64,000 nt of DNA from Mobula hypostoma (GCF_963921235.1 NC_086108.1:75456001-75520000), one strand, 5' to 3'. Counted from the first letter of the stretch, positions 1 through 12,000 are shown. Translations and numbers: made by a program. Notes: a model not told the origin generated them from the letters alone.

Positions 1-131
1 TGGGTGCTCCGGTTTCTTCCCATTTCCCAAAGATGGACAGGTTAGTAGATGAATTAGTCACACGGGCAGCATGGGTTCATTAGGCTGGAAGGGCCTGTTA
101 CTGTGCAGTGTCTCTTGTCTAAATAAAAATA
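1..131 (+). mobile_element. 3' part of a tRNA-derived SINE (V-SINE/HE1-like)
   Basis: Central motif GGGTGCTCCGGTTTCTTCCCA, ending in an A-rich tail. The same family appears reversed at about 15370-15620, 43710-43995 and 61790-62050. Confidence 0.6.
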
Positions 132-232
132 ACTTGTCCAAGCCCACCACTCTATTTGCAGCATGTCTGACACAGTTCTGAGTGTCAGACACGCTGCATT
201 ATTGTCTGCCTTTTAATGCCAAAAAAAACATT

Positions 233-503
233 TATAAGATATAAGATGTAGGAGCAGAATTTGGCCATTCAGCCCATTGAGTATGCTCCACCATTTGATC
301 ATTACTGACTGGTTATAATTTCCTGTCTTTTGCTTCACTCCCTTCTTACAGAGTGGAGTGACATTTGTGATTTTCCAGTCCTATGGAATCATTCCAAAAT
401 CTAGTGATTCTTGAAAGATCATTACTAATACCTCCACAATCTCTTCAGCTACCTCTTTCATAACCCTGGGGTGCAGTCCATCGAGTTCAGATGACTTATC
501 TAT
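233..503 (-). mobile_element. Internally deleted CR1 LINE fragment (RT N-terminus fused to 3' UTR)
   Basis: Minus translation DKSSELDGLHPRVMKEVAEEIVEVLVMIFQESLDFGMIP...GNY runs straight into the CR1 3' UTR and (TCTTA)n-like tail. Confidence 0.8.
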
Positions 504-1176
504 AGAATTTGAAAGAAATATACTCCTCTTGATATGTAAAACATAATTGCACAATACTGCTTTAATATCTAGTGAAGCAGAGCAAATAGCCGTCCAGGTA
601 AAATTGGGGTGCAATATGCCACAACGAATTCCTTTTACTGCAGAAATGGGGGGGAGGGGTGATTAAAATCAGAAGACCAAATAAGCTCTTGGATGATTGT
701 ACATTCCCTGACACTGAACGACTGAGGTTCAACAGAGCACGTTCCTATTGCTCTTATGTTTCATCAGGATAAATCATAAATGGAAGTAATGGAGATTTTT
801 TCCCAATAAAAATCGAATCTGGGCCAGGCAATGCAAGAATGAGACTGTGGGAAGTGATTTCAATGTAGAGCAAAGGGAAACAGGTCAAACTGGAGATTCA
901 GATCAGATTTTTACTTTCAAGTCCATTGGAACAGATGTCGTTTGAAGATTTGAATAGGTTTTACACCTTTTGATTCATTCCAGCTGAAATATTTTATGGG
1001 AAATTTTAAAAAAATATTCATAGGCAGCAGAACTTAAAACAACTTTTCTACTTACAGTTAGATTTATTGTTCCATACCTATGGTATGCTTAGAGTCGTGA
1101 TGGTTCTACATTTGGTTTTCTAGTGCAGTAATTCTCAACCTTTTTCTGCCCATGGACCACTTGTGACTTTCATTTA

Positions 1177-1742
1177 GACCATAAGATACAGGAGCAGAAT
1201 TAGGCCTTTTGGCCCATCGAATCTGCTCCGTCATTCCATCGTGACTGAATTATTATCCTATTCTCCTGCCTTCTCTCTGTAACCTTTCTTACCCTGACTA
1301 CTCAAGAACCTAACAACTTCTGCCTTGAATACACCCAATGACCTGGCCACAACAGCTATTTATGGCAATGAATTCCACAGATTTACCACTCTCTGGCTAA
1401 AGAAATTCCTCCCCATCTCCATTCTAATTGGATGTTTCTCTATTCTGATTTTGTGCCCTCTGGTCCTAGACACTGCCCCCCCACCCCAACATCCTCTCAA
1501 CATCCACTCTATCTATGCTTTTCAACATTTGATAGGTTTCAATGAGATCCACCCTCATTCTTCTAAATTCCAGCGAATACAGGCCCAGAGCCATCATGTG
1601 ACAAGCATTTCATTCCCAGAATAATTTTCATGAACTTCCTGTGAACGCTCTCCAACATCAGCACATCCTTTCTTAGATAAGGGGCTCAAAACTACTCACA
1701 ATTCTCCAAGTGAAACCTCAGCAGTGCCTTACAAAACATTGC
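1177..1742 (-). mobile_element. CR1 LINE 3' fragment, degenerate
   Basis: Homologous to the CR1 ends at 16676-17515, 33713-34510 and 63375-64000 (ORF2 C-terminus plus 3' UTR). Confidence 0.85.
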
Positions 1743-2169
1743 ATCATTGTTTTTGTGTTTACCTTGGTGGCTCCCACTCTCCATAGTCTCCGTTATTTGC
1801 TGAAGTTCTATTGGTCAGCTGTACTAATTGTTCTTATATTTACTTTTTTTCAATATTTATGTTTTAACAGGTTATCTTACATGTGTATATGAAAAATAAA
1901 GTATTTCAAAGCTCTGAACAGGATACTTTATTTATAAAGTATATAATATTCTTCCAACCAGCAATGAAAAAGCACTTAATATTGTTACTTTGAATATTTA
2001 GTGACATCTTTGCAACTGATGCAAACTAATAAGCTTTTGACCATTTGGTTGCAACTTGGTTAAGTATAATCGAAGATTATCACAATATCAAGATGCTTCT
2101 TTTCACAACATCAGGATGGTTGTGAGCTTCTGATAGCAAGTGAAGAACTTGACTAAAACCTCATTCAAC

Positions 2170-3983
2170 CTAAATTAGAGCTAATTTAGTTCCCTTAGTG
2201 GATTTTATGAAGCAATTATTTTCTAGATGGAATCCACTTACACTTTCGTTAGTCGGTCAATTTCATACAGTTAAAATGATGATTTTACCAAAATTTTTAT
2301 ACGTATTTCAAAATATTCCTACTTTTTTAACTTAGAAGTTTTTTGATCAGGTTGATTCTATTATTTCATCTTTTGTTTGGAATAATAAAAGACCAAGAAT
2401 TGGAAAATATCATTTACAAAAATTAAAAAAGGATGGAGGTCTTGTTCTGCCTAATTTAAGAATGTATTATTGGGCAGTTAATATATGTTATGCATGTTCT
2501 TGGTTATATTGGATTGATAAAAATGAACAACCACCATGGGTTGATCTGGAATTGAAAGCTGTGAAACAACTTTACAAGTTTATTATTAGGAGTCTCTTTA
2601 CCTGTACAACTAGCCAAAATTTCTATTCTAAATTTATATCCTATGATTAAGCAGTCATTATGAATTTGGTATCAGTTTCATAATTTTTTTAATCTTAAAA
2701 AATTTAACCTTCTTAGTTTAATTTATAGAAACTATTTATTTAAACCTTCACTTAGTGATCCTACCTTTTCTCTTTGGAGAAATAAAGGAATTTATTCCTT
2801 TATGGATCTGTTTCAAGAAGGCCGGTTGATGTCCTTTGAGAAGTTAGTAACTAAATATTCGCTCTCATACTCACACTTCTTGCAAAATCTTCAGGTCAGA
2901 CATTTCTTACAATATTTAAGTAATTTTCCATATATACAAGATTTTGACCTGTTAGACATTATTTTAAAAATGAATCCTTTAGTGAAATGTTCCATTGGGA
3001 AAATTTATAATTTACTATTACAACAGGATAATTATCCTTTACTTAAGATTAAGCAAGATTGGGAAAGAGAGCTTAACATGACCTTGATAACAGAGGATTG
3101 GTTGCGAATTTTGAAGTTAGTTAACTCTTCTTCGATTTGTGCCAGTCACTCTCTAATTCAATTTAAAATTGTACATCATTTTTATTTGACAAAGGAGAGA
3201 CGGTCTAAAATATTTCCTAATGTTAATAGTCAGTGTGATAGATGTAAAACTGAGACAGCTATATTGACACATATGGTTTGACCATGCTCTGTATTGAAAC
3301 AGTTTTGGAAACCTATTTTTTCTACAATTTCTAAAGCTTTAAAAATTAATTTACAACCTAATAAATTGACAGTTTTGTTTGGTATAATCCCTCAATATAT
3401 TCACAGTATTTCTATATCAGACCAACATGTAATTGCATTTGTAACATGATTGGCCAGAAGGGCTATTTTATTAAAATGGAAAGATGCTTCTGCTCCCACT
3501 TTGATACAATGGTTCTCTCAGGTAATGTTATGTCTTAGTTTGGAGAAAATCAGAAGTCGAAGTTTTGATCCTGGATTTGACTTTGAGAAAAGGTGGGACT
3601 CTTTTGCCCACTACTATCATTTGATTTGAATTAATTAAGATAGTCCCCTTCTGATTCTTGGGTAAATGGATTTGTTTGGCGGATTGATGTTTTTCTTTTA
3701 TGGAAGCTTGTATGGCGTATAGCTCCAGGTTTGTGCTCCAAATGGGTTTTTTCCAGTTTTTATTTGTTAGTAGGGTTTTTTTTTTGTTTTAGTTAGTAGG
3801 GGTTCTTTTTTCCTTCTTTCTTTTTTCCAAAAAAAAAGCTTTAGCATTTTGTTTTTTCTTATTATTATTGATATATTGTTTAGCTTGGTTGATAGTTTAG
3901 CTCTTATTGTTCATATTGATATGTTCACTTGATTACGTTAATGTATTTTTTGTTGTTGATTTTCAATAATAATTAAAAAAAGA
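2170..3983 (+). mobile_element. 5'-truncated L1-clade LINE (ORF2 C-terminus with stops and frameshifts, T-rich 3' UTR, A tail)
   Basis: Translations RWNPLTLSL..KMMILPKFLYVFQNIP and KKDGGLVLPNLRMYYWA, plus CCHC knuckle CDRC..(T)HMV*PC. Stop near 3629, A-rich tail to about 3981, degenerate flanking direct repeat. Confidence 0.9.
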
Positions 3984-5130
3984 GAATTGACTGAAAAAAA
4001 CCCTCATTCAACTAGATAAGCGGTAGGGAATCCAATTAAGAACACCATCTTCAGTAGTTCCATGAACTGAAATTTCTTATCGGTGTGCAGTTGTTCCAGA
4101 TGATCAAGATGTACAATCAGATCATCATCTTGCAATTCTATTTTAAGAGTGGCCAGTGAAGGAAATTGAATAAACTTGCAAAGTCCAAAAGTGTTGCTGA
4201 AAAGTGTGAGTTTTCCAAGGAAAGAGGTAATAGTGTCTTCCCATGGTATGAGATCAATGACAGAAAGCCTTCCAAGAGGGAGAATCCTTGCAATGTGACA
4301 AGCCCCAATGATGTACCCGGTAGGGCTCTGCAAACCTGTGCTAACCAAATGGCAGGTTGTTCAAAGACAAGTTCAGACTCTCTTTGCTACGGTCGAAAGT
4401 TTCTACCTGCTTCAAAAGGGCAACAAATCATACCAGTGCCCAAGAAGAACAGGATGAGCTGCCTTAACAACAATTGTCCAATAGCACTCACATCTGGAGT
4501 GACGAAGTTCTTTGAGAGGTTGGTTATAGCTAGAATCATTTCCTGCCTAAGCAAGGACCTGGATCCACTGCAATTTGTCTATTGCCACAATAGGTCTACA
4601 GCAGATGCAATGTCTTTGATTCTTCATGCAGCCTCAGATCACCTGGACAATATTAATACTTATATCAGGCTGCTATTTATTGACTACAGCTCAGCATTTA
4701 ACACAATCATTTCCACAGTTCTGATCAAAAAAAACTCCAAAACCTAGGCCTCTGCACCTCCCTCTTTGTAAACTTTCTCACCAGAAGACCACAGTCTGTG
4801 CGGATCAGAAATAACATCTCCACTCATTGATAATCAACACTGACATACGTCAAGGATGTGTGATTAGCCCACTGCTCTACCCTCTCTACACCTATGACTG
4901 TGATGCTAGGCACAGCTCACATTGTCATCTATAAATTTGCTGATGACACAACTATTGTTGGCAGAATTTCAGATGGTGAGCAGAAGACCAGCAAGACCAA
5001 AAAACCGTGGACTTCAGAAAGGGTAAGATGAGGGAACACAAACCAGTCCTCATAGAGGGATCAGAAGTGGAAAGGATGAACAATTTCAAGTCCCTGGGTG
5101 TCAACATCTCTGAGGATCTATCCTGGGTCC

Positions 5131-5381
5131 AGAGTTAAAAATACACGGACTAAGATGTTAACTGTCCTGTGCTATCACTAGTGGGATCATCAGTTGATCT
5201 GCCACCTGTCTTCAGGAGTTTCGGCCCGCTTATGATCAAGACTCCCTCGAGATGGTGGGCCAGCAGTGTTAAAGCACCACCTCCCACTGGTGAGCTTAAA
5301 AACTTGGCATCTGCCTCTATCAGTCACTTCCATCCACAGACAGTCTGCTCTTCAGGTGTCTCTGCAACTACTGAAGAGTCT
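5131..5381 (-). mobile_element. 3' end of a HERO-like RLE-clade retrotransposon inserted into the Rex1 copy
   Basis: Interrupts contiguous Rex1 sequence (tcctgggtcc|...|atgcagttacaaagaagg). Degenerate AE.AE.S..LWM ORF terminus, and a 3' UTR organised like that of the RLE-encoding fragment at 43110-43597. Confidence 0.6.
5180..5246 (-). ncRNA. Candidate permuted (pseudoknotted) hammerhead ribozyme
   Basis: RNA GGAGU-C-UUGAUC-AUA-AGCGGG-CC-GAA-ACUCC-(15 nt)-GAUCAA-CUGAUGA-U-CCCACU. Perfect stems I and III, intact CUGAUGA, GAAA and GUC, imperfect stem II. Confidence 0.55.
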
Positions 5382-6581
5382 ATGCAGTTACAAAGAAGGA
5401 ACATCAAGAGCTATATTTCATTTGGAGTTTGAGGAGATTTGGTATGTCACCAAAGACACTCGCAAATTTCTACAGATGTACTATGGAGAGCATTCTAACT
5501 GCCTGCATTACTGTCTGCTATGGCGGGGGGGGCACTACACAGGATCAAAATAAGCTGTAGAAATTTGTGATCTCACTCTGCTCCATCATGTGCACTAGCC
5601 TCCCCAGTATCCAGGACATGTTCAAGGAGTGTTACCTCAAAAAGGTGGCATCCATCATTAAGGACCCATAGGACATGCCATGTTCTCATTGCTATCATCA
5701 GGAAGGAGGTACAGAAGCCTGAAGGCACACACTCAATGATTCAGGAACAGCCTCTTCCCCTCTGTCATCAGATTTCTGAATGGACAGTGAACCCATGAGC
5801 ACTACCTCACCACTTTTGTTTTGCACTTCTCATTTAATTTAACTTTTTAAAGATATATATACTTCTTATTGTAATTTATAGTTTTTATTATTACGGACTG
5901 CAATGTACTGCTGCCGTATAACAACAAATTTCATGACAAATGCCAGAGATACTAAAACTGATCGTGATCTGATTGCAGCTTTTTCCTTGTTACTGTTGGT
6001 TTAATAAATTCCGTTTTTCAAATGTATATGACAGGTAAAATATGTTCAAGTTAGCAGTGACAGTTTATTCTCCATGCTGTGTTTCACTTAGAAAAGCAAA
6101 TGGAACTCCTTTTCAAAATAGGATCAGTAACAGGGATTGAATGGAAGTTGTAGTGGTAGGTGGAGATGCAAGTGGTAGATTGCACACGTCCTCACCTTGC
6201 AGCAGTTTTGCCACCTCTGGCAGAGGACCCGGCTGCAGTAACTGCAGCCCGTACGGCACGTTTTATAAGTATTATAACATGCATGGGTCAGTGGAAGGCA
6301 AATAGGACCAGCCTCCTGCTGCATACCCGCTGATTGGCCCCATCCAATCAGCAGTTTGTGATTTGCGGGTGGATGTGGAGCGCGTGTGCAGGAATCTTCC
6401 AATGAGGATGACTATCCAATCATACGTGAAGAAATTGAAGCCGCACTACGGTCACTGAAGTGCGGGAAGTCAGTAGGAGTTGACAACATCCCTGCTGAAC
6501 TGCTGAAGCATGGAGGAGAGGCCACGATGGTCATGCTTACCACCATCTGCAATAAGATTTGGCAGACAGGTGAATGGCCGA

Positions 6582-7434
6582 TGTTACATACCTCAAGGAC
6601 ATCTTGTGACTTTCTTGTGAAAATGATGTAATGGTCTTTTGGAGGTCACCTGATGTAATTTTCCCACCGATGTGAGGTCACGTGATGACATGTTCACCAC
6701 GGGTATAAAAGGAAAGACCCCTGGTGACGCAGTTAGTTTTCCAGTTAGGACGTCAATGAGATACTCTGCTCTGCTGCTTATTTGCATTATGATGCAGTTC
6801 TGATTTTAAACGTAGTTTTATGTTCTAATGTAAGGTACAGAAGTACTGGACTGGCAGTTTGACCAATCACTGCCGGGTTTGTTAATGTATCTTTTCAGTA
6901 ACAGTGGAGAGTGAAGACGGGACCCTGAAGGAGACGTTCGACAGGTTTGGAAAGGATCGACCATTATTGAATTTGTTCAAGAAAGAGTGAACTGCATGAA
7001 ATAGCCTCTGCTAAAAGTGGCTGAAAGGCTATGCAGGATCTATTCTATGGAGGAGTAAGGTCAGTGCCTTTAAAACTGTTTTATTTCCGTCGTCGTGAAT
7101 TCTGTGGACAAGGCAGGATCTGACTGGGAGTGGCAGTGACGTGTCTTTGAGGAATTTGTTACTTCATGAAAGTCTCTCCTAATTGACTATATAAATCTCT
7201 CGGACTTTAAAATTTACCATTCAAAGAACTGTGTTTGAATTTATCGCTTTAAGAACTGGTTTCGCATTATCGCTTTAAGATCTAGTACTGAGTAGCAGTT
7301 TAATGAATGACCGCGTAGCCGTTTACTTCCGGTTAGGGTTTTTGTTCTTTTCTCATTGTTTATCAGGGTTTAATAAATGTTTGTTTGTTTATAAATCCTG
7401 ACTCGATATAGTCATTGTTGCCGATCACATGACA
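6582..7434 (+). mobile_element. Solo LTR (Gypsy-like, 4-bp TSD)
   Basis: TG...CA termini (tgttac.../...atgaca), TSD CCGA at 6578-6581 and 7435-7438, TATAAAA near 6704 and AATAAA near 7372. Removing it rejoins the RTE frame GEWP-TP*TQSL. Confidence 0.85.
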
Positions 7435-7534
7435 CCGACACCTTGAACTCAGTCACTGATCACTGCGCTTCCCAAGAAAGGCAATCTCCAACTTTTCCAG
7501 AATTACTGTACCATCAGTTTGATCAGCCATGTAT

Positions 7535-8219
7535 CATAGTCATAGTCATAGTCATATTTTAATGATCCCGGGAGAAATTGGTTTTCGTTACAGCTGCACC
7601 ATAAGTAATTAAATAGTAATAAAACCATAAATAGTTAAACTGTAATATGTAAATTATGCCAGTAAATTATGAAATAAATCCAGGACCAGCCTGTTGGCTC
7701 AGGGTGTCTGACCCTCCAAGGGAGGAGTTGTAAAGTTTGATGGCCACAGGCAGGAATGACTTCCTATGACGCTCTGTGTTGCATCTTGGTGGAATGAGTC
7801 TCTGGCTGAATGTACTCCTGTGCCCACCCAGTACATTATGTAGTGGATGGGAGACATTGGCCAAGATGGCATGCAACTTGGGCAGCATCCTCTTTTCAGA
7901 CACCACCGTGAGAGAGTCCAGTTCCATCCCCACAACATCACTGGCCTTACGAATGAGTTTGTTGATTCTGTTGGTGTCTGCTACCCTCAGCCTGCTGCCC
8001 CAGCACACAACAGCAAACATGATCGCACTGGCCACCACAGACTCGTAGAACATCCTCAGCATTGTCCGGCAGATGTTAAAGGACCTCAGTCTCCTCAAGA
8101 AATAGAGACGGCTCTGACCCTTCTTGTAGACAGCCTCAGTGTTCTTTGGCCAGTCCAGTTTATTGTCAATTCGTATCCCCAGGTATCTGTAATCCTCCAC
8201 CATGTCCACACCGACCACA
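7535..8219 (-). mobile_element. Young Rex1-like LINE 3' fragment inserted in the RTE
   Basis: Open frame YRYLG...RLYFLRRLRSF...SFLPVAIKLYN with (TGACTA)n tail. Short TSD GTAT. Near-identical to about 31385-32055. Confidence 0.92.
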
Positions 8220-10134
8220 GTATGTAAGGTAATGCTCAGAATCATCTTGAACAGACTGAGACCTCGGGCAGAAGACATCATTGCTGAGGAACAAGCAGGC
8301 TTCCGTAAGGGCAGATGCACCACTGAGCAGATTTTCAACCTCCGCACCCTCTGTGAGAAACACCTTCAGCACCAGAGAGAGTTCTACCACGTCATCATAG
8401 ACTTCAAGAAGGCGTTTGACAGAGTCTGGCATGATGCCTTATGGGCCACCATGAAGAAATTCAGCATGGGGCAGAAACAGATTCATACAATCCATCAGCT
8501 TTATGCCAAGGCAACCAGTGCAGTACTCGCTCAGGGCACCATTGGGGAGTGGTTCCATACCTCTGTAGGAGTCCGTCAGGGCTGCCTCCTCTCCCCCACT
8601 CTCTTCAACGTCTTCCTGGAATGAATCATGAGTGCTGACCTTGAAGATCATATAGGCACAGTCAGCACAAACCTAAGGGAAGAACATCACAAACCTAAGA
8701 TTTGCTGATGACCTTGATGGACTTACAGGAAAAGAGGATGAACTGGCCAACCTGGTTAGCCACCTTGACAGAGCCTTCACAAAGTTTGGAATGGAAATAA
8801 GTGCCGAGAAAACCAAACTCATGGCAAATGCCAATGGTGCCATCACAACAGACATCTCAGTCCATGGTCAGAAACTTGAGACAGTGCAGCAGTTCAAATA
8901 ACTGGGGGCAATCATCAGTGATGAAGGATCAAGGACAGAAGTCCTGGCAAGAACTGCACAGACAATGACTGCACTCTCCAAACTCAACACAACATGGAGG
9001 GACAGCAACATTACCACGAAGTACAAGACCAGACTCCTGCGTGCGTTGGTATTCTCCATCTTCCTGTACGCATGTGAGACATGGACCCTCACAGCAGAGC
9101 TACACAGGAAGATGCAGGTATTGGAAATGAGATGCTATCGCAACATCTTGGGCATCTCATACTTGGACCACATCACAAACGAGCAGGTCCGCAAGACCAT
9201 CCAGCACCACATTGGCCACCATGAAGACCTTCTCACAATGGTGAAGAAAAGAAAGCTGAGATGGTACAGCCACGTAACAAGATCCAGTGACCTTGCAAAG
9301 ACTGTTCTACAAGGAACTGTGGAGGGGAAAAGAAGGCGAGGTAGACAGAGGAAAAGATGGACGGACAACATTAAAGAATGGACAGGGATAACATTTGTGG
9401 TGACCCAGGCTCTGGCACACAACCGCGACAGATGGAACAGACTGGTGCAAAGCTTTTCGTGATGGTGCCCCGACAACTCCACCAGGAGTTAAGGGCACAA
9501 GGCAAGGCAAGTGGAGCGGGTCTCAGCAGGCCGCCCTGCAGTGTGTTAACAGTCATTTGTGCCTGGTTAGGCAAGTGCAGATTGATGTGCGGCACCTTCT
9601 CCCCACCACCACCGTCACACCGGCCCTGACACACACAAGCTAAGCTATTTTGCTCCCTCATTTGCATCAGTGCAGGAAATAATCCTTGTTCACTGTGTAA
9701 GGTTTTCCCTGAGTTAGAAAGAATGACTATAGCTCAAGATACCACTGATTCTTTTGACATACCTCAGACCCCTCATGACTGAGGTTTGTGACATTGTTTG
9801 GGCATACTCTCAACATGTAAGGGAAGAAACTAAACAGAAAGTACTGCAAGTCCTCAGCAGGTTAGCCGCATCTGTGGCATGAAACGGGTGAAAAAGATCT
9901 CATTAAACTGAAATAATTTAGATCAATTACCTTATTTTTTAATCAAAAAAGATCATTAAATCTAAAATATTCCCTTTACTTCTTTCTCCACAAATGCTGC
10001 AAAAATCTGCTGCATTTTTAGTCTTAATTTCAAATTTCCAAAATAAGCAGCTTTTTGCTTTTCTACATGGCAAGAAATTGGTAAAGGTTCATATGATGGC
10101 AGAACATGCTCTGACAATTGTGGCCAGTCGTGGC

Positions 10135-12000
10135 AAGAGAGTGAACCCTCACAAGACGTCAGGCCCCGGTGGTGTACAAGGTAGGGCACTGAAAACCAGC
10201 ATCAACCAGTGCTCAAGGACACCTTTAATCTCTCACTGCTTCAGTCAGAGGTTGCCACCTTCTTCAAAAGGACGATAATCATCAAACTGCCCTAGAAGAG
10301 CAGAGTGAGCTGCCTCAACAACTATTGCTCAGATGCACTCACATCTACAGCAATGAAGTGCTCTGAGAGTTTGGTCATGGCCAGAATCAACACCTGCTTA
10401 AGCAAGAACCTGGAGCCACTGCAATTTGCCTCTCGCCACAATAGGTCTACAGCAGAAGTAATCTCACTGCCTCTTCACTCAGCTTTAGATCACCCAAACA
10501 ATAGCAATAGCTATGTCAGACTGCTGTTTATTGATTACTGCTCAATGTTCAACACAATTGTACCCTCATTTCTAACCAACATGCTCTGAAACCTGAGCAA
10601 CCTTCCTCTGCAACTTCCACACCAAGAGATCACAGTCAGAGCAGCTCGGAAATACCACCTCCTCCTCGCTGACCATCCACACTGGTGCTTCCCAAAGATT
10701 TGTGTTGAGCCCACTCCCCTACTCCCTCTACAACAGTGACTGTGTGGCCGGGCACAGCTCAAATGTCAGCTATAAATTTGCTGATGATATACTATCTTTG
10801 GCAGAAATTCAGATGAGGAGGTATACAGGGATGAGATAGATCAGCTGATTGAGCATTATCACGTACAACAACCTTGCTCTCAATATTAGTAAGACCAAGG
10901 AATTGATTGTGAACTTCAGGAAGAGGAAGTCACCCAATAGTGGAAGGGTGAGCAGTTTCAAATACCTGGGTGTCTACATCTCTGCAGATCCATCCCAGCC
11001 CCAGTATATTGATGCAATTACAAAGAAGGCATGACAGTGGCTATATTTCATTAGGAGCTTGAGGAGATTTGGTATGTCACCAAAGACTCTAGCAAATTTC
11101 GACAGGTATACCATGAAGAGCATTCTGACTGGTGGCATCACTGTCTGGTATGGAGCAACCACAGCACAGGGTCAGTAAAGCTGCAGTAAGTTACAGACCC
11201 AGCTAGCTTCTTCATGGTCACTAGTCTCTCCAGCATCGAGGACAGCTTCAAAAGGTGATGCCTCTAAAAGGCAGCATCCATCATTAAGGACCCCCATCAA
11301 CCAGGAGATTCCTCTTCTCATTTCTACCATCAAGGAGAAGGTACAGGAGCCTGAAGGCACACACTCAGCATTTATGGAACAGCTTCTTCCCCTCCAGTTC
11401 TTTAAGGTTGCTATGACAAACGGTGATAGAGACGAATTCCTACTATGTATTATATGCTCCCAATGGTGTGCACCTCAAATAGCCTCTGACAACCAAGTCC
11501 AGCTCCTGGCCTTCACATGTGGCTCAGCTACTAAGCCCAGTGGAACCATTTCTACTGACAAGAGAAGGGGCAAAGGCAGGTTGCTGGCTCCTCAAGGCCA
11601 GTCTCTTCGGGCAAATGGGGCTCATCAGCCGTGATTAGCAGCTCATCCAGGAGAAGGAAAACTCTGATCTCTACTTATCGTACTGCCAAGGTTTACATAT
11701 CTAGACAGCTAGGACACAATATCCATTGTCAACCCTGACTGACTGAGGCCACACTCATTCACTCTTCCCCTCCACTATCAGATTTCTGAAAGGACAATGT
11801 AACCATGTACACTACCTCACAATTTTTTTCTCACTTTGTGCACTACTTACTTACTTCACTTTTTAAATATATATTTACATATATACCATTTATTGTAATT
11901 TATATTGTTTTATATTATGTATTGCAATATACTTCTGCTACAAAACGACAAATTTCACGATATATGCCATTGATATTAAACCTGTTTCTGATCCTGAGTC
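10135..12000 (+). mobile_element. Decayed Rex1/Babar LINE fragment
   Basis: Motifs ALTSTAMKC, LEPLQF, RLLFIDY, YKFADD and FKYLGV, with the family 3' tail. Confidence 0.85.
11397..11762 (+). mobile_element. Non-autonomous element with RTE-type 5'-UTR motifs, inserted in Rex1
   Basis: 12-bp TSD TCTTCCCCTCCA at 11385-11396 and 11763-11774. Motif CCAGGAGAAGGAAAACTCTGAT resembles RTE 5' UTRs. Confidence 0.65.

Larger units (their letters stand above)
4240..5972 (+). mobile_element. 5'-truncated Rex1/Babar-clade LINE, decayed
   Basis: RT motifs PVPKK..PIALTS..KFFERLV, LDPLQF, STADA, RLLFIDYSSAFNTI and YKFADD. Degenerate (TGATTC)n-type tail. Confidence 0.9.
6383..9510 (+). mobile_element. 5'-truncated RTE-clade LINE interrupted by two insertions
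   Basis: Motifs KSVGVDNIPAELLK, EEQAGFRKGR, IDFKKAFDRV, GVRQGCLLSPTLFN, LRFADD, FKYLG and LQGTVEGKRRRGRQRKRW. (CAAGG)n tail. TSD GTGGAGCG at 6375-6382 and 9511-9518. Confidence 0.93.

Noticed and set aside
515..628. Minus-strand exon (acceptor TTTCTGCAG, open frame KGIRCGILHPNFTW...)
   Set aside because: Weak donor, unrecognised peptide and no compatible neighbouring exon.
1126..1165. hAT/Charlie-like TIR CAGTAATTCTCAACCTTTTT
   Set aside because: Only one short end is visible and no partner TIR or TSD was found.
4004..4348. 114-aa minus ORF
   Set aside because: Part is antisense Rex1 sequence, and the remainder has no splice signals or recognisable domain.
6280..6380. HDV-like ribozyme (GGACCAGCCTCCTGCTG resembles the HDV P3/L3 region, followed by a P4-like hairpin)
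   Set aside because: I could not find a proper P1 partner, P1.1 GG, catalytic J4/2 or 3' P2 strand. The segment also lies outside the RTE TSD, so it is not the element's 5' end.
7667..8347. 226-aa ORF as a novel fusion protein
   Set aside because: Chance read-through from antisense RTE into the inserted Rex1 3' fragment.
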